Assembly: GCA_965243025.1 (NCBI GenBank)
Contig: CBDETY010000003.1
Coordinates: forward strand, 5,984,001 to 6,048,000
Origin: Candidatus Latescibacterota bacterium
GTDB lineage: Bacteria > Latescibacterota > UBA2968 > UBA8231
Direction: 5' to 3'
Length of the DNA stretch: 64,000 nucleotides
Position numbers and translations under genes: made by a program
Notes under the pieces: generated by a model
What the model saw: only the letters and a program-made list of their open reading frames with translations
What the model was told of the DNA's origin: nothing
The model's database searches: none
In this document: positions 39,301-48,287 of the stretch, one piece after another
How the letters are laid out: each line of letters opens with the position of its first letter
How positions within the stretch are numbered: the stretch's first letter is position 1

Positions 39301-41469
39301 CCCGTCCATGATCGGGAACTTGTGGGTGAAGCCGATGTCCTTGAGATCGAGGGTAACGCCGCTTCGCGTCTCCTTCGGCCCTTCGTTTCCGGCAATGTCC
39401 ATGGCGACGAACTCGAAGACGTAGTCCGTCTTCCCGTCCGACAGGAGGGCGCCTTCAAAGCCGTCTTTCCTCGCAACCGTAAACGAACCTGCCGCGTCGA
39501 ACTGGCCGGCGTTGTCGCCGCCTTTGTCCTTCCAAATGTCCACGATATCATTGGCATCGATGTCACCGGCAGGGCCAGCGGCCATCATCTTGCTCAGATC
39601 GATCGCGATTCTGCTGTCGGTCTTCAGCCCTGCATAACTGAAATCCAGCACCTTGGCATCGTCGCTGCTGCCCTCGCTCTTGATTTCCACAACCACGTCC
39701 GGCCTATCCGCAAGCCTGCTCTTCAAGGTGAGCTTGAGCTGACCGAGCGTCTCATTCGGCACGTAGACCGGCGGATTCTCGTCGGCAGGCAGGTCGACAT
39801 CCCTGTTGGGTCCACCGCCGGAAACCCTGTCCCCGCCCAGGGGGGCGTGAACGAGGGTGTCACCACCGTCATCAACCGGCTTAATCCCGGCTATGATGGT
39901 AGCTCCACCGTTCTTGATTTCCGTGACCCCGGTCCCCGCTGCGCGGGAGGCCAGGGACGGCTTCACTCCGTCAACAAGAATAGCCGTGGTGACGGAGGCA
40001 GGATCTACCCCGTCGCCATCTATCGAGAAGCTTGCAGCCGTGTTTCCGGCGCCATCCTGGATATTGGCCGTCAATACCAGCGGCGCATCCGAAAGATCCG
40101 GGTACTCGTTCTCGGCGATAGCGTCCTTGTGCTGCAGGATGGTTTTTCGGGATCCATCGGATTTCTCAAAGTACCCCGAGGCGTCCGCAGTTGATACCTT
40201 GCCTCCTGCCTTTACGACAATTGACCAATCCCCTTGAAGGTTCGTCCGGATATTGCCGTACTCGTCATCGTTCAACTCGATATAGGCAATAAGCGTATCC
40301 TGGATTCCCAGGACGATTCGATCGGTCGGAAGCTTGCCCGCCCCTATCAAGGATACCGCGTCAGCCGAATTGCCATCGGCGTCTACCGTCAAACCTCCGA
40401 GGGCGGTAAACCCTGTTGCATATCGAAGATCAGCCCCTTTGAGCTCCTTGGCGTAACCGAGACCTGCAACATCCACCGCGTGGAAGTCGCCATCCGTTCG
40501 ACCCACAAGAGCCGAAATTCCGTCTCTATCGCCATCCGAACCATCCGTTGCTGAGGCATCTGGCTCGTCAGCATCCATCTTGAACCCAAAACCGTCCTCC
40601 TTAAACGGCCTCGAGAAATGCAGATAATTCCCCTGAACCGGACGGTCGCCGTCAATCTTCATCGAGTTGTCCGAAAGGACTATGGACGAATAGGCAGTTC
40701 CATCTCTAACGACAGCCGCCGCATAAACCTCGTCGTGCTCGCCCATGATTTCAGAGCCCGTCGAGTACCATCTGATCAGGTACCTCGTATCAACGGCTAT
40801 GTTCTTGTGCTTGCTCTCCGCGATCTTGGAATCGTCGATGCCTGTCCCGGTTATAAACAGCGAGTCGGCATCGCCTACCCATTTCCTGTCCGCCTCGGGA
40901 GTGGGAGTATCACCTTCTGCAGGAATATCGTTCCGGTCCGTTCCGCGGTCCGCTGTCCGAAAGGCAGCAAACGGGTTATCGGCACCGGGAGCATCCGCGT
41001 AAGAACTGCCTCTCACCGGGGCATCAATGGTGGCCCCTGTGGTGGTGGCTTCATTGATTATGGCCGGCGAGGCGCCAACAGTGAAAGGGGCTATACTGGA
41101 TGAGGTGCCAAATGCCCCATCGAGAAATGCCGCAGCAGTTCCGCCGCCGAAATTACTGGCGTGTTGAGCAAGCCTTTCTTTGCCCCGAACGTCGTTGTCC
41201 CAACCGCTTTCAACGATCAAGGTGTCGGTCACATTCCCGTCGTTGTCTTTCTCAAGCGCAACAAGAAAGACTGCAACCTCAAGCGCCGGGTCTTCGTCGA
41301 AGTCCTGCACCGTGACATCGACCTGGAAGACGCCGTCGATTCCGACCAGCCCCCCCTTCTTGATGGTCACGCCCTCGACCGTCTGCGCCAGAAGCTCACC
41401 GCTTCCTATCGGGCCCAGACCTACGAGACCCAGGAGCGTCAGGATAATCCACTGTCTGCTACGATGCAT
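36334..41469 (-). CDS. Large secreted surface protein (1,711 aa): Ig/FN3-like domains, EF-hand/dockerin-like repeat, cohesin-like domain, C-terminal FlgD-Ig/'secretion-sorting' domain
   Basis: AGGAGG RBS; signal peptide MHRSRQWIILTLLGLVGLG; GADNQVGFDDFFILADQFG; ends PEVYALRNNFPNPFNPETT...SGIYFYRV...KKMLLLK. Confidence 0.9.
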   Translation of the reverse strand: MHRSRQWIILTLLGLVGLGPIGSGELLAQTVEGVTIKKGGLVGIDGVFQVDVTVQDFDEDPALEVAVFLVALEKDNDGNVTDTLIVESGWDNDVRGKERLAQHASNFGGGTAAAFLDGAFGTSSSIAPFTVGASPAIINEATTTGATIDAPVRGSSYADAPGADNPFAAFRTADRGTDRNDIPAEGDTPTPEADRKWVGDADSLFITGTGIDDSKIAESKHKNIAVDTRYLIRWYSTGSEIMGEHDEVYAAAVVRDGTAYSSIVLSDNSMKIDGDRPVQGNYLHFSRPFKEDGFGFKMDADEPDASATDGSDGDRDGISALVGRTDGDFHAVDVAGLGYAKELKGADLRYATGFTALGGLTVDADGNSADAVSLIGAGKLPTDRIVLGIQDTLIAYIELNDDEYGNIRTNLQGDWSIVVKAGGKVSTADASGYFEKSDGSRKTILQHKDAIAENEYPDLSDAPLVLTANIQDGAGNTAASFSIDGDGVDPASVTTAILVDGVKPSLASRAAGTGVTEIKNGGATIIAGIKPVDDGGDTLVHAPLGGDRVSGGGPNRDVDLPADENPPVYVPNETLGQLKLTLKSRLADRPDVVVEIKSEGSSDDAKVLDFSYAGLKTDSRIAIDLSKMMAAGPAGDIDANDIVDIWKDKGGDNAGQFDAAGSFTVARKDGFEGALLSDGKTDYVFEFVAMDIAGNEGPKETRSGVTLDLKDIGFTHKFPIMDGSDDDLRTLGAASANVSVELNKDADTLAVIYKHLGPGSADASKNDTLTIGGDGLAKDTFTELSVTGLEDGKMYYVRIDARDAAGNWTQAGPDTFTFDEDHELVPAENFKVTIAGQSDKSDQFKLRGFKDDNKDDLDDDKMLMINAGKVVLVTLQAQTEDDKTAFLYREEATLTVIGGQGVDLVEKSSPGASQPDGGGNVITLDDDGWGSDGKRTVAIRDTVSDGKLVFSLQGGSVDGAFELRDTVLVQDDAYAKLIVAGPADPVTRGEDFTVEVSIADSFGNVREKDSRFVNVTANQIGAIVPAGDVPIRDGTGSFIANSGLSTSFATMVVTVRDIVQQGDTFIHGVSGVINVEGDPVDPGRPPVGPPVEEIDAPDTLIAEDFRGALGNGDQGGFVLLTFDPSDNHDIIDGYRIYREIAVTHVLGEDGSIVQEEDAMAFIPWAFVDAVPDPGLMRVVVATLDSDATAFEVAAEYVVPASKQAFMPGMSLSNPYEVMAQTMAMSKESAVQPKVSDGPLFAALTPEAIAFSTKGIAPLMKAVDNAYLSERVRSEAVRAIDNIPPGAIPYMRVLDTPGDAGGSITVSWAKSPDDHMVTTSVGQAVGGQIYTTAGVKGYKVFRRIGDAAYEVVGEAPGGSTSFEDQMVFNGIRYTYQVRPFDQDNLGETIMEKTAMAIRNRVFDSNGKAVFGLFGADNQVGFDDFFILADQFGLTAEDESFEPAFDLSQNNKIDLNDFFTFADFFGREIEGVGKGLPNFMAGLNSDARFYLDAGLELPRVGEEMAIAVSLQDFAELKGYGLSVSYDPQLLTYVGTEVENSILGTGEFADGHVVANKDGLVSLVAYGDVGTEGDLGLNLVFRSLREIEDSYIEILSGELRDGNYGLNSLDTPVSVRIQTRPEVYALRNNFPNPFNPETTLKYDLPEAGDVKLEVYNMLGQVVRTLVNERQTAGRYAVQWDATNDRGQSMSSGIYFYRVQVGGEFADVKKMLLLK

Positions 41470-41519
41470 CTTTTCCTCCTTATTCAGGAATGATTTCCCT
41501 CGACAGAATTCCACGGGCC

Positions 41520-41832
41520 ATCTCCCGATTCCAACCCGAACTCTGCGGTTTGAGGGGGGCGACGAGGTGCTGGCGGAGACGGTGGAGGGGATTCCACCTG
41601 TCTACGCCGACGATACCTTGTTCGACATGTTCTCCCCACAGATTGCCGAGCTTTTGCGAAAATAGGGCGTCACTCGTCTGTACCAGCATCAGGCGGACGC
41701 CGTATCGGAGGGGATGTCGGGCGCCAATGTGGTGTTGCAGGCGCCTACCGCCAGCGGCAAGACCTTCGCCTTTCAGATTCCCCTGATGGAGCGGTTGATG
41801 CGCGAGGGAGGTCATGCCTTGATGATCTACCC
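41520..41832 (+). pseudogene. DEAD/DEAH-box helicase fragment (YprA/Hrq1-like) with internal stop
   Basis: LYQHQADA Q-motif, APTASGKT Walker A and ALMIYP; in-frame TAG at 41663; truncated after motif Ia. Confidence 0.8.
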
Positions 41833-42263
41833 GAGAAGAACCGTCTGTCTGTCCTGCTCCAGACGCTGACCCGACCCGACCTGCTGGTCCTGGACGAGGT
41901 CGGCTACATGCCCCTGGAGCGCCAGGACGCCACCTTCCTCTTCGAAGTGGTCAGCAAGCGCTACGAGGCGCTCAAGTCCATCACCCTGACCAGCAACAAG
42001 AGCTATGGCACCTGGAACGAGATCCTTCCGATCCGGTGCTGGCCACCGCGCTCCTGGATCGCTTGTTACACCACTCCTCCACCATCAACATCCGGGGGGA
42101 CAGCTACCGGCTGCGGCATCCTCGCCAGGCCGGATTCACCACCGGGGAAACCCCTCGTCAACCGGAAGGAGAAAACATGCGCTGACAGAATCCAGCCGCG
42201 TGGGGTAGAAAAGTGTCCAATTTTAAACCGTTGGAACTGTCAACTTTGAAACCGTTCTTGACA
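41833..42263 (+). mobile_element. istB: IS21-family remnant: frameshifted istB 3' half plus right end
   Basis: PDLLVLDEVGY, LTSNK and (frameshift) LLDRLLHH...IRGDSYR. End TGTCCAATTTTAAACCGTTGGAACTGTCAACTTTGAAACCGTTCTTGACA has internal repeats and a terminal CA. Confidence 0.85.
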
Positions 42264-42750
42264 GGTCATGTCGGACGGCTTGCTGCGCGTCTCCGAGTTG
42301 GTAGCCCTCCTGGTCGAGGATCTCGCTTTCGAACCCGATGGCGGCCGCGTTACCATCCGCCACTCGAAGACGGACCAGGAAGGGACCGGACTCGTTTTAT
42401 ATCTGGGTCCTCCCTACCATGACCCGGGTCAGGGCCTGGCTGGAACGGCCAAGATTACCTGGGGGGCGCTATTTCGTCGTCTCTATCAGGCGGGAATGTC
42501 GGCGGCCCGAAGGAACTAAGCACCGCAAGTGTCCGACAGATCATCAAACGCCGATGCACCGCCGCTGGCGTGAAGGGGTTTATTTCCGGTCACTCACTGC
42601 GCGTCGGCGGGGCGGAGTCGCTGGCTGCGGGGGGTGCTTCGATTGCCGAAATGCAGACGGCCGGCCGCTGGCGGTCGCCGACGATGCCCGGTTACTCTGC
42701 CCGGGGCCAGCTTGCTGTTCGTGGGGCCGTAGCTCGCATCCGCTACGGCA
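42264..42750 (+). pseudogene. Cre-like tyrosine recombinase C-terminal remnant, frameshifted
   Basis: LLRVSELVAL, IRHSKTDQEG, GHSLRVG and AGRWRSPTMP spread over different frames; N-terminus cut by the IS21 end. Confidence 0.85.
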
Positions 42751-42867
42751 GGTGCGCAGAACCCCGGCAGGATATTTCCTCCTGGTGGCGATTCGGGTCC
42801 CATTGGGGCAGCGGTAGCCGTTGGCCATCTGCTCCGGCCAGACCCCCGCAAGGGTGGTCAGCTTCCA

Positions 42868-43400
42868 CCTTTCACCCCTTTGGGAAATCGGCACTCTGGG
42901 ATCGGAAGGCCACTGCTCTGATCAAGGAGGGGATGGGGGCGTCAAGACCTTCCCTGGTTGATCCCTCCGGGTTTGGAAACCGGTCGTCGCCTCGAGGGTT
43001 CAGTTCAGATGGGTGTGCCCGGCAGATTCAGGAACTGAGTTTCGAGGTGTCGCTGGAAGCTGACCGGGCCTGTTGGTGGGGTGCTGAAAAGCATCGCCAA
43101 CGCGGAACTGCGAGATCTGCGCGGAGGGAATTGGCTCAAGCTGGTCCAATTTCTTTCAGGGATCGACCGGATGGCGCTGTTGCTCAACCGGAAAGAGTTT
43201 TGCCGACGAGGAGATCCTTCATGGTCTTGGGTTTCGTACGGGCAACCACCGGAAAACGAGCGGGTCCCCTTCTGCTTCCTTCCCGGTCTGGCACCGTCCT
43301 CGATTTCAGGTGAAGCAGCACAGGCTATCCGGACACCGAAGCAGGTAAAACACCTCCCTGAAATCGGCACTTTGGACGGGAAGACCCCCCCGGGTCGAGA
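42868..43400 (+). repeat. Island non-coding repeat family copy (core motif twice, 476 bp apart)
   Basis: GAAATCGGCACT(C/T)TGG at 42884 and 43360; flanking blocks match the 34.1, 36.1 and 62.9 kb copies. Confidence 0.7.
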
Positions 43401-43496
43401 TGGGAGTCCCGTATCGAGGCCATCCGGTGTCTGATCCCCAGCGGTTGAGAAGGAGTCGACAAGGGAAGGCGGGCCTCGTTTCACCTCATCTGGGGA

Positions 43497-43820
43497 TCAC
43501 CCTCCAAACAGCTTCCAGTAGATGAACACCGTCAGCCCGACGGTGATCAGGATATTGCTCAGGGAGGCAACGGCCCCAACATTTCGCAGATCCCACTTGT
43601 TCTCCACGACCAAGACCCTGTTCGGTGTCTTGCGCACCAGGATCCCGTAGATCGGAAGCGATACGATGGTCGGGATAGCGAAGCTCCCAAGGATCAGAAG
43701 GACCGCCATGTCGCCCGGGGTGGTCTGGAAGATGAGTCCGGCGAGGAAACCGGTGATCCAGAACGAAAAAAGGGTCGTGAAGAGGGTGTGTTTGGCCAGC
43801 CGGCCTTTCGGCTTTTCCAT
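43497..43820 (-). CDS. Small membrane protein (about 3 TM)
   Basis: Hydrophobic helices LFTTLFSFWITGFLAGLIF, MAVLLILGSFAIPTIVSLPIYGILV and ILITVGLTVFIYW. Start 43820 or 43925. Confidence 0.6.
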   Translation of the reverse strand: MEKPKGRLAKHTLFTTLFSFWITGFLAGLIFQTTPGDMAVLLILGSFAIPTIVSLPIYGILVRKTPNRVLVVENKWDLRNVGAVASLSNILITVGLTVFIYWKLFGG

Positions 43821-43939
43821 CGTTACGCATCCGTTGCGGTTGTTACGTTGCCCGGTTTGTGACAGGCTGACGGCCTCGCGGACCATTGGGAAAGGGAAAC
43901 CCATCGTGGCAGCAAAGCCATACATGGCTCTTCCCGCCC

Positions 43940-44077
43940 CTATCTACGGAAAAAACGATTCAGGATGAGTGATGCCGGATTCTCCGGGAATACGACGGTG
44001 CAGACATACATCATCACCATGGCGACTACAAGGTAGCCGATGGCCAGCATTCCGAGAAGGACCGCGGTGAGGAACAT
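43940..44077 (-). CDS. 45-aa hydrophobic peptide (not in ORF track)
   Basis: GAGGCGGTGA RBS; MFLTAVLLGMLAIGYLVVAMVMMYVCTVVFPENPASLILNRFFRR. Confidence 0.55.
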   Translation of the reverse strand: MFLTAVLLGMLAIGYLVVAMVMMYVCTVVFPENPASLILNRFFRR

Positions 44078-45055
44078 TATCACCGCCTCTCAATTTCATT
44101 TTGATCTTTGTCCATAGGGCTGGAACCCCTTGCTTGTGTAAGTCCAGTTATCGAACCTCAGGCAATCCCGCAGCCTCTTACGGTGCAAACGGCATCAGGA
44201 CCTCTGCCGGCTACCTCCGACCTGCGTGCCAAAGGCGCCACTTTCGGGGCACGAATTGTCGTAACGCGTTGTTTCATAAGGGGTTTACTCAGAAGGTGGG
44301 GCAAGGAATCATGAACCCGCTCTTCTGGACCGGGGGTTCATCGTCTTGGCCTTCAATGGTCATGAACCGGGGGATCACACCCTGTACCCGGGATCTGCGT
44401 CCCCGGGTCCATCGGCCTGATCTACTTGGGGGGGATTTCGCACGGGGGGACTGAAACCTGGCTTTTCCGCAAGGGCCTGTCCCAAGGCATCCCTCCAGCA
44501 CGGCGCACGATGGATGATGCAGGGCTCACAGCAGTATGATTTTCCCATGTGGGAAAAACCGGACCGGGTCTTGAAGGCCGGCTCAAGTCCCCTGCTCATT
44601 GCGACGGTAGAATGCCCCCTGACCAAAAGCGCGAATTTCGAAAAAAACTGGTATAACCATATAGAGGAAGATTTACTCCTGTCCCTGGGGGACCTGCGAC
44701 TGCGCGCTTCAGCGGACCCGAAGGACTGCAACCGAATCAGTTGCGATTCCAGGTTTTCATCACTCAGTTCAGTTATACACCGACGCCGCGAAGGTTGCCG
44801 AATTCGTACCACGCTGAGTCCCTTCTGATCCCTTTTTGCAGATAACGGGAAGGTAGTGAGAGCGGAGGTAGCTCCGGCTACCGGCTCGCTGAATTCCGTC
44901 GCGGGTTTCTCCCTCCAATCCCGGCTTTACCGGGAACCCGAATACCCTCTCAACACCCTGCTGCCGGCTTTCCGTTTCAAGCCCGGTTCAGGGCCAGTCT
45001 GCGCCTTCTGCCGGTGACCACCGACAGTCAACCCCCCAAAATGGAGAGAATGAAG

Positions 45056-45304
45056 ATGAAACAAGATCAGCTGAAAAGGGCCAGAGACGCCCTGGGCATG
45101 AAGCAATGGGAGCTGGGCCTCGCCCTGGGTGTCAGTGAAGCCGAGGTCTGCCTGTGGGAGAAGGGAAAGCGAACCATGCCGGAAAGGTATCTCCGGCTCA
45201 TGGGAGCGATCATCCACCACCAGGAACGGGGCTTGATCCTGTCCTACAAGGCATTCAATCCACCCGGAAAGGAGAATGCTCGAAATGGCCACCACAATCT
45301 GTGA
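45056..45304 (+). CDS. XRE/Cro-family HTH regulator
   Basis: LKRARDALGMKQWELGLALGVSEAEVCLWEKGKRTMP. Confidence 0.85.
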   Translation: MKQDQLKRARDALGMKQWELGLALGVSEAEVCLWEKGKRTMPERYLRLMGAIIHHQERGLILSYKAFNPPGKENARNGHHNL

Positions 45305-45503
45305 TATCTGCAACGGGGTCGTAGCCGAAGACGACTTGCGCGGCCAGCTCAAGGTCGGAAGGGCCAGCATGGCCGAGGGGAGGAAGTTCGATGTCTGCAT
45401 CGAGTGCGTGCACGGCCTTACCAAGTCCTCTCGCAGAACGGTTTCCTCGCCCTTCCGGATCTTCGTCGACGAGGAGGGCCGTATCCGGGACACGAGGGAG
45501 TAA
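45285..45503 (+). CDS. Small Zn-ribbon protein
   Basis: AAGGAG RBS; CDIC...CIEC. Confidence 0.65.
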   Translation: MATTICDICNGVVAEDDLRGQLKVGRASMAEGRKFDVCIECVHGLTKSSRRTVSSPFRIFVDEEGRIRDTRE

Positions 45504-45656
45504 ATGGTTTTCAAGCCGGTCTGCTGCGTATGCGGCCAGGAAATCAGGCCTTATCACCTGTTCTACAGGCCCGCTCCCGGTGTGCACATCTGCATCCCCT
45601 GCAGCGAGAAGGAAGGCCCCGAAGAGGAAAAGAGACCTGCCGACGAGGACGGGTAG
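45504..45656 (+). CDS. 50-aa C4 Zn-finger peptide (not in ORF track)
   Basis: Starts immediately after the upstream TAA; MVFKPVCCVCGQ...HICIPCSEKEG. Confidence 0.55.
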   Translation: MVFKPVCCVCGQEIRPYHLFYRPAPGVHICIPCSEKEGPEEEKRPADEDG

Positions 45657-45773
45657 TTGTGTGGCAGAGGGGATCGAGCAGGCTGGGAGGCACTGGGCCG
45701 GAGCCTCTTGTTCGTCTATTGAATTGCGCCCCCGAGCGTAGTCTCTTGAGCCGGAAAGAGCCACTCCCGCATT

Positions 45774-46046
45774 TTGTCGATTTCGTCCAGCCCTGCCTTC
45801 GGTTCCCTCTGCCACTTCTCTCAACCTCACCAGGACAGGCGCAAGGCCAGCCGCCCTGTCCTCCTGGCCATCCGCCGAAATGCCGTGGTCAAAGACAAGA
45901 AGGTTGCCCGGTTCGAAACCCTGCACGAAGCAACCGCACACCGCCAGAAGCACGGAGGGGAAGTTCGCGAGCTCGTGTTTCGCCTGTCCGAGGTCAAGAC
46001 CCTGCTTCAGAGGAACGAAGGGTGGATCAGGGCAGATGGAGAGTGA
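45774..46046 (+). CDS. Hypothetical protein
   Basis: Protein-like C-terminal half (VARFETLHEATAHRQKHGGEVRELVF) within the mini-operon; start uncertain. Confidence 0.4.
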   Translation: MSISSSPAFGSLCHFSQPHQDRRKASRPVLLAIRRNAVVKDKKVARFETLHEATAHRQKHGGEVRELVFRLSEVKTLLQRNEGWIRADGE

Positions 46047-46132
46047 CAGGACAGGCCGACACCCCAGTGCTCTCCTGTTCTCCACAAGCTCGCATTATGC
46101 AAATCCCCCTTTCCGGGAAAGGAAACCAGTCA

Positions 46133-46405
46133 ATGGACCAGAAAACGAGAAGCAAAATCGAATCCGTATATCAGGACGTGGCCTTCGAGAAAGTTCACCT
46201 GATGGCGGACGTAGATCCAGCCTGTATTGCCATCTTCTTCCGGCACCCCGAGATGGGAGGGATCGCCCTCCCGGTGTCGGCAGTGCAGGCCATATGCCTC
46301 ACCTTCTCACTGCTGGAGTTGTTCGGAGAATCCGAGGGTATCATGGATCCGTATCTGGACACCGCGCTGGAGGAGATCAGGAAAATGGCGGTGAAGAAAG
46401 GATGA
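46133..46405 (+). CDS. Hypothetical protein
   Basis: AAAGGA RBS; MDQKTRSKIESVYQ...; typical codon usage. Confidence 0.55.
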   Translation: MDQKTRSKIESVYQDVAFEKVHLMADVDPACIAIFFRHPEMGGIALPVSAVQAICLTFSLLELFGESEGIMDPYLDTALEEIRKMAVKKG

Positions 46406-46420
46406 CAGGCAGGGACACCC

Positions 46421-46498
46421 TCATGGAATCACTCGCAGCATCGTAAGGGCAAAGGCCACCACCACGGCAACCAGAGCGGCCAAAAGGAACCTTCTCAT
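46421..46498 (-). CDS. 25-aa hydrophobic peptide (not in ORF track)
   Basis: AAGGAGGGG RBS; MRRFLLAALVAVVVAFALTMLRVIP. Confidence 0.5.
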   Translation of the reverse strand: MRRFLLAALVAVVVAFALTMLRVIP

Positions 46499-46593
46499 CG
46501 GGCAACCCCTCCTTCAGATTTCGCAAGATGCCGGGGGATCCGCTGGTTTCAAAAGCTCATCAAGGGTCCAGGGAGGGGAAGGGGGGACGGGGA

Positions 46594-47091
46594 TCAGCTC
46601 CGGGATGTCACCACGACCGCGTAAGCGCTTTGTATCTCCTGAAACTTTTCCTCCGCCAGCCGGATGATCCCAGCGGGAATCTCCTCGCCTGCCAGCCTGT
46701 CCGGGTGATATTCCCGAGACAATTCCCGGTATTTCCGTTCCAGTTCCTCGTCGGACATCTCCGGGGAGCATCCCAGCGTCTCGTAAGACGACGCCAGCAC
46801 CTGTTCCTCGAACTCCCTCCCCAACTCTTCGTCCGTCACCGCTTCGCCTCCGGCGCAGACGAACAGGTGCCGGTTGACCCCCCTGGTCAACTCGAACAGG
46901 GCCACCTGATCCTTGCCGCCGAGGATCCTTCTGAGAGGGTCGTCGGAATGGATCCTTCGCGGATTCCTCGCGTCCTGTAAGCCGTTCTCCCGGAGGTAGC
47001 CCCACAGTTTTTCGACGACCTGAGCCGGGGACATCGGCTCGTCGCCGACAACGGCAGCCAGTTCCTCAGACGGCTGCAGCCGCTTCAACAT
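46594..47091 (-). CDS. SWIB/MDM2-domain plus DnaJ J-domain fusion protein
   Basis: N-half LQPSEELAAVVG..PMSPAQVVEKLWGYLRENGLQD..NPRRIHSDDPLRRILGG...VNRHL; C-half YETLG...YRELSREYHPD...AEEKFQEIQSAY. Confidence 0.88.
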   Translation of the reverse strand: MLKRLQPSEELAAVVGDEPMSPAQVVEKLWGYLRENGLQDARNPRRIHSDDPLRRILGGKDQVALFELTRGVNRHLFVCAGGEAVTDEELGREFEEQVLASSYETLGCSPEMSDEELERKYRELSREYHPDRLAGEEIPAGIIRLAEEKFQEIQSAYAVVVTSRS

Positions 47092-47118
47092 CTCCCTCCT
47101 TCAAAGAAAGGACTTGCC

Positions 47119-47430
47119 ATGACCGAACGGATCCGTGCCCTGCCGGGCAAGACCGAGAGGGTGAATCCGAACCGATTCGCTGACGGCATCTTCGCGCCGC
47201 CGGCAGGAAAATACGTTACCGAGGTGGAGGTTGTCCTGTTACTCCACCAACCGCCGCTTCAGCCGGGCCCCTCTTTCGAATTCGAGATCTATCCCCGCCA
47301 GGAGAAGCTGACGGTGCTGGTGTACCACGATACCCCCGAAACCAGCTCGGGAGAGGCGCAGGCCAGGGCGAAAAAAGCACTCCTTCAGGTATTCAAGGAT
47401 CTGGAATCTGCTCTGGTTCCGGTAGGGTAG
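47119..47430 (+). CDS. Hypothetical protein
   Basis: AAAGGA RBS; divergent from SWIB-J with 27 bp between starts. Confidence 0.5.
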   Translation: MTERIRALPGKTERVNPNRFADGIFAPPAGKYVTEVEVVLLLHQPPLQPGPSFEFEIYPRQEKLTVLVYHDTPETSSGEAQARAKKALLQVFKDLESALVPVG

Positions 47431-47849
47431 TCTCGGGGATTTCCCTCCTGGCCGATTCGATGCCGTCAGGAGGGTTCTTGCGACCTGCCTGGATAATCCG
47501 GGAGTCCAGGCTGCCTCTCTTTACGTCAGTCCGGCGGTCTTCCTGATCGCCTGTCCTGTTTGCCTTCAGCCCGGACGAACAGGGTGGTTGGACCCCGCCT
47601 GATCAACTCGAAATCACCTGATCCTTGCCGGCTGAGGATGCTCCCGCAACCGTCCTCGTCCTGAATCCTTCGCCGGTTCCTCCGTCCCGTAAACCGTTCT
47701 CCGGTGTCCCCAACCCGGCTTCGACTCCCCGGGCTGGGGAATCGGCGGGTCGAAACCAGTTTTACAGCCAGCCCGTAACCCTGCTGCAGAAGCGCCACAC
47801 ACCCCCTCAATCAGTCAGAGTAGCCTTATATAATGAATGAAAGGAACCG

Positions 47850-48287
47850 ATGAAACTCGAAGTCGTAGAACGCAAAGTGCGGCAAATCTGGCAGGACGTA
47901 TGCTCAGAGCCGCTGACCAGCCCCAACGAGGTGCTCGCCTACCTGGATTCCCTCGACATAACGTCCGCCGACCGGGAGGTATTCGTCGTCCTCCACCTCG
48001 ACACGCGCAATCGCGTAGTCGCCCATGAAACGACCTCCATCGGCAGCCAGAACGCGTCCCTCGTCCATCCGCGAGAGGTGTTCAAGGCAGCGATCCTGAA
48101 GGGAGCCACCAGCATCATTCTGGCGCACAACCACCCCTCCGGAGATCCGGCGCCCTCCAAGGAGGACATCGATCTCACGCACCGTCTTGTCGAGGCAGGT
48201 GGGCTAATGGGGATTCAGGTGCTCGACCATGTCGTCGTGGCTCCTCCTGGCGAGAGCGTGTCCATGAAGGAACTCGGGATTGTCTGA
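47850..48287 (+). CDS. radC: RadC-like JAB domain protein (short, mobile-element type)
   Basis: REVFVVLHLD, VHPREVFK, ILAHNHPSGDPAPSKED and VLDHVVV. Confidence 0.95.
   Translation: MKLEVVERKVRQIWQDVCSEPLTSPNEVLAYLDSLDITSADREVFVVLHLDTRNRVVAHETTSIGSQNASLVHPREVFKAAILKGATSIILAHNHPSGDPAPSKEDIDLTHRLVEAGGLMGIQVLDHVVVAPPGESVSMKELGIV

Noticed and set aside
36223-40194. 1,323-aa plus-strand ORF
   Set aside because: Antisense shadow of the 1,711-aa surface protein gene; no motifs; expected in high-GC DNA.
42264-47430. Integron (recombinase followed by small cassette-like ORFs)
   Set aside because: The recombinase is a broken Cre-like type without the IntI insertion; no attC-like sites seen; ORFs are on both strands.
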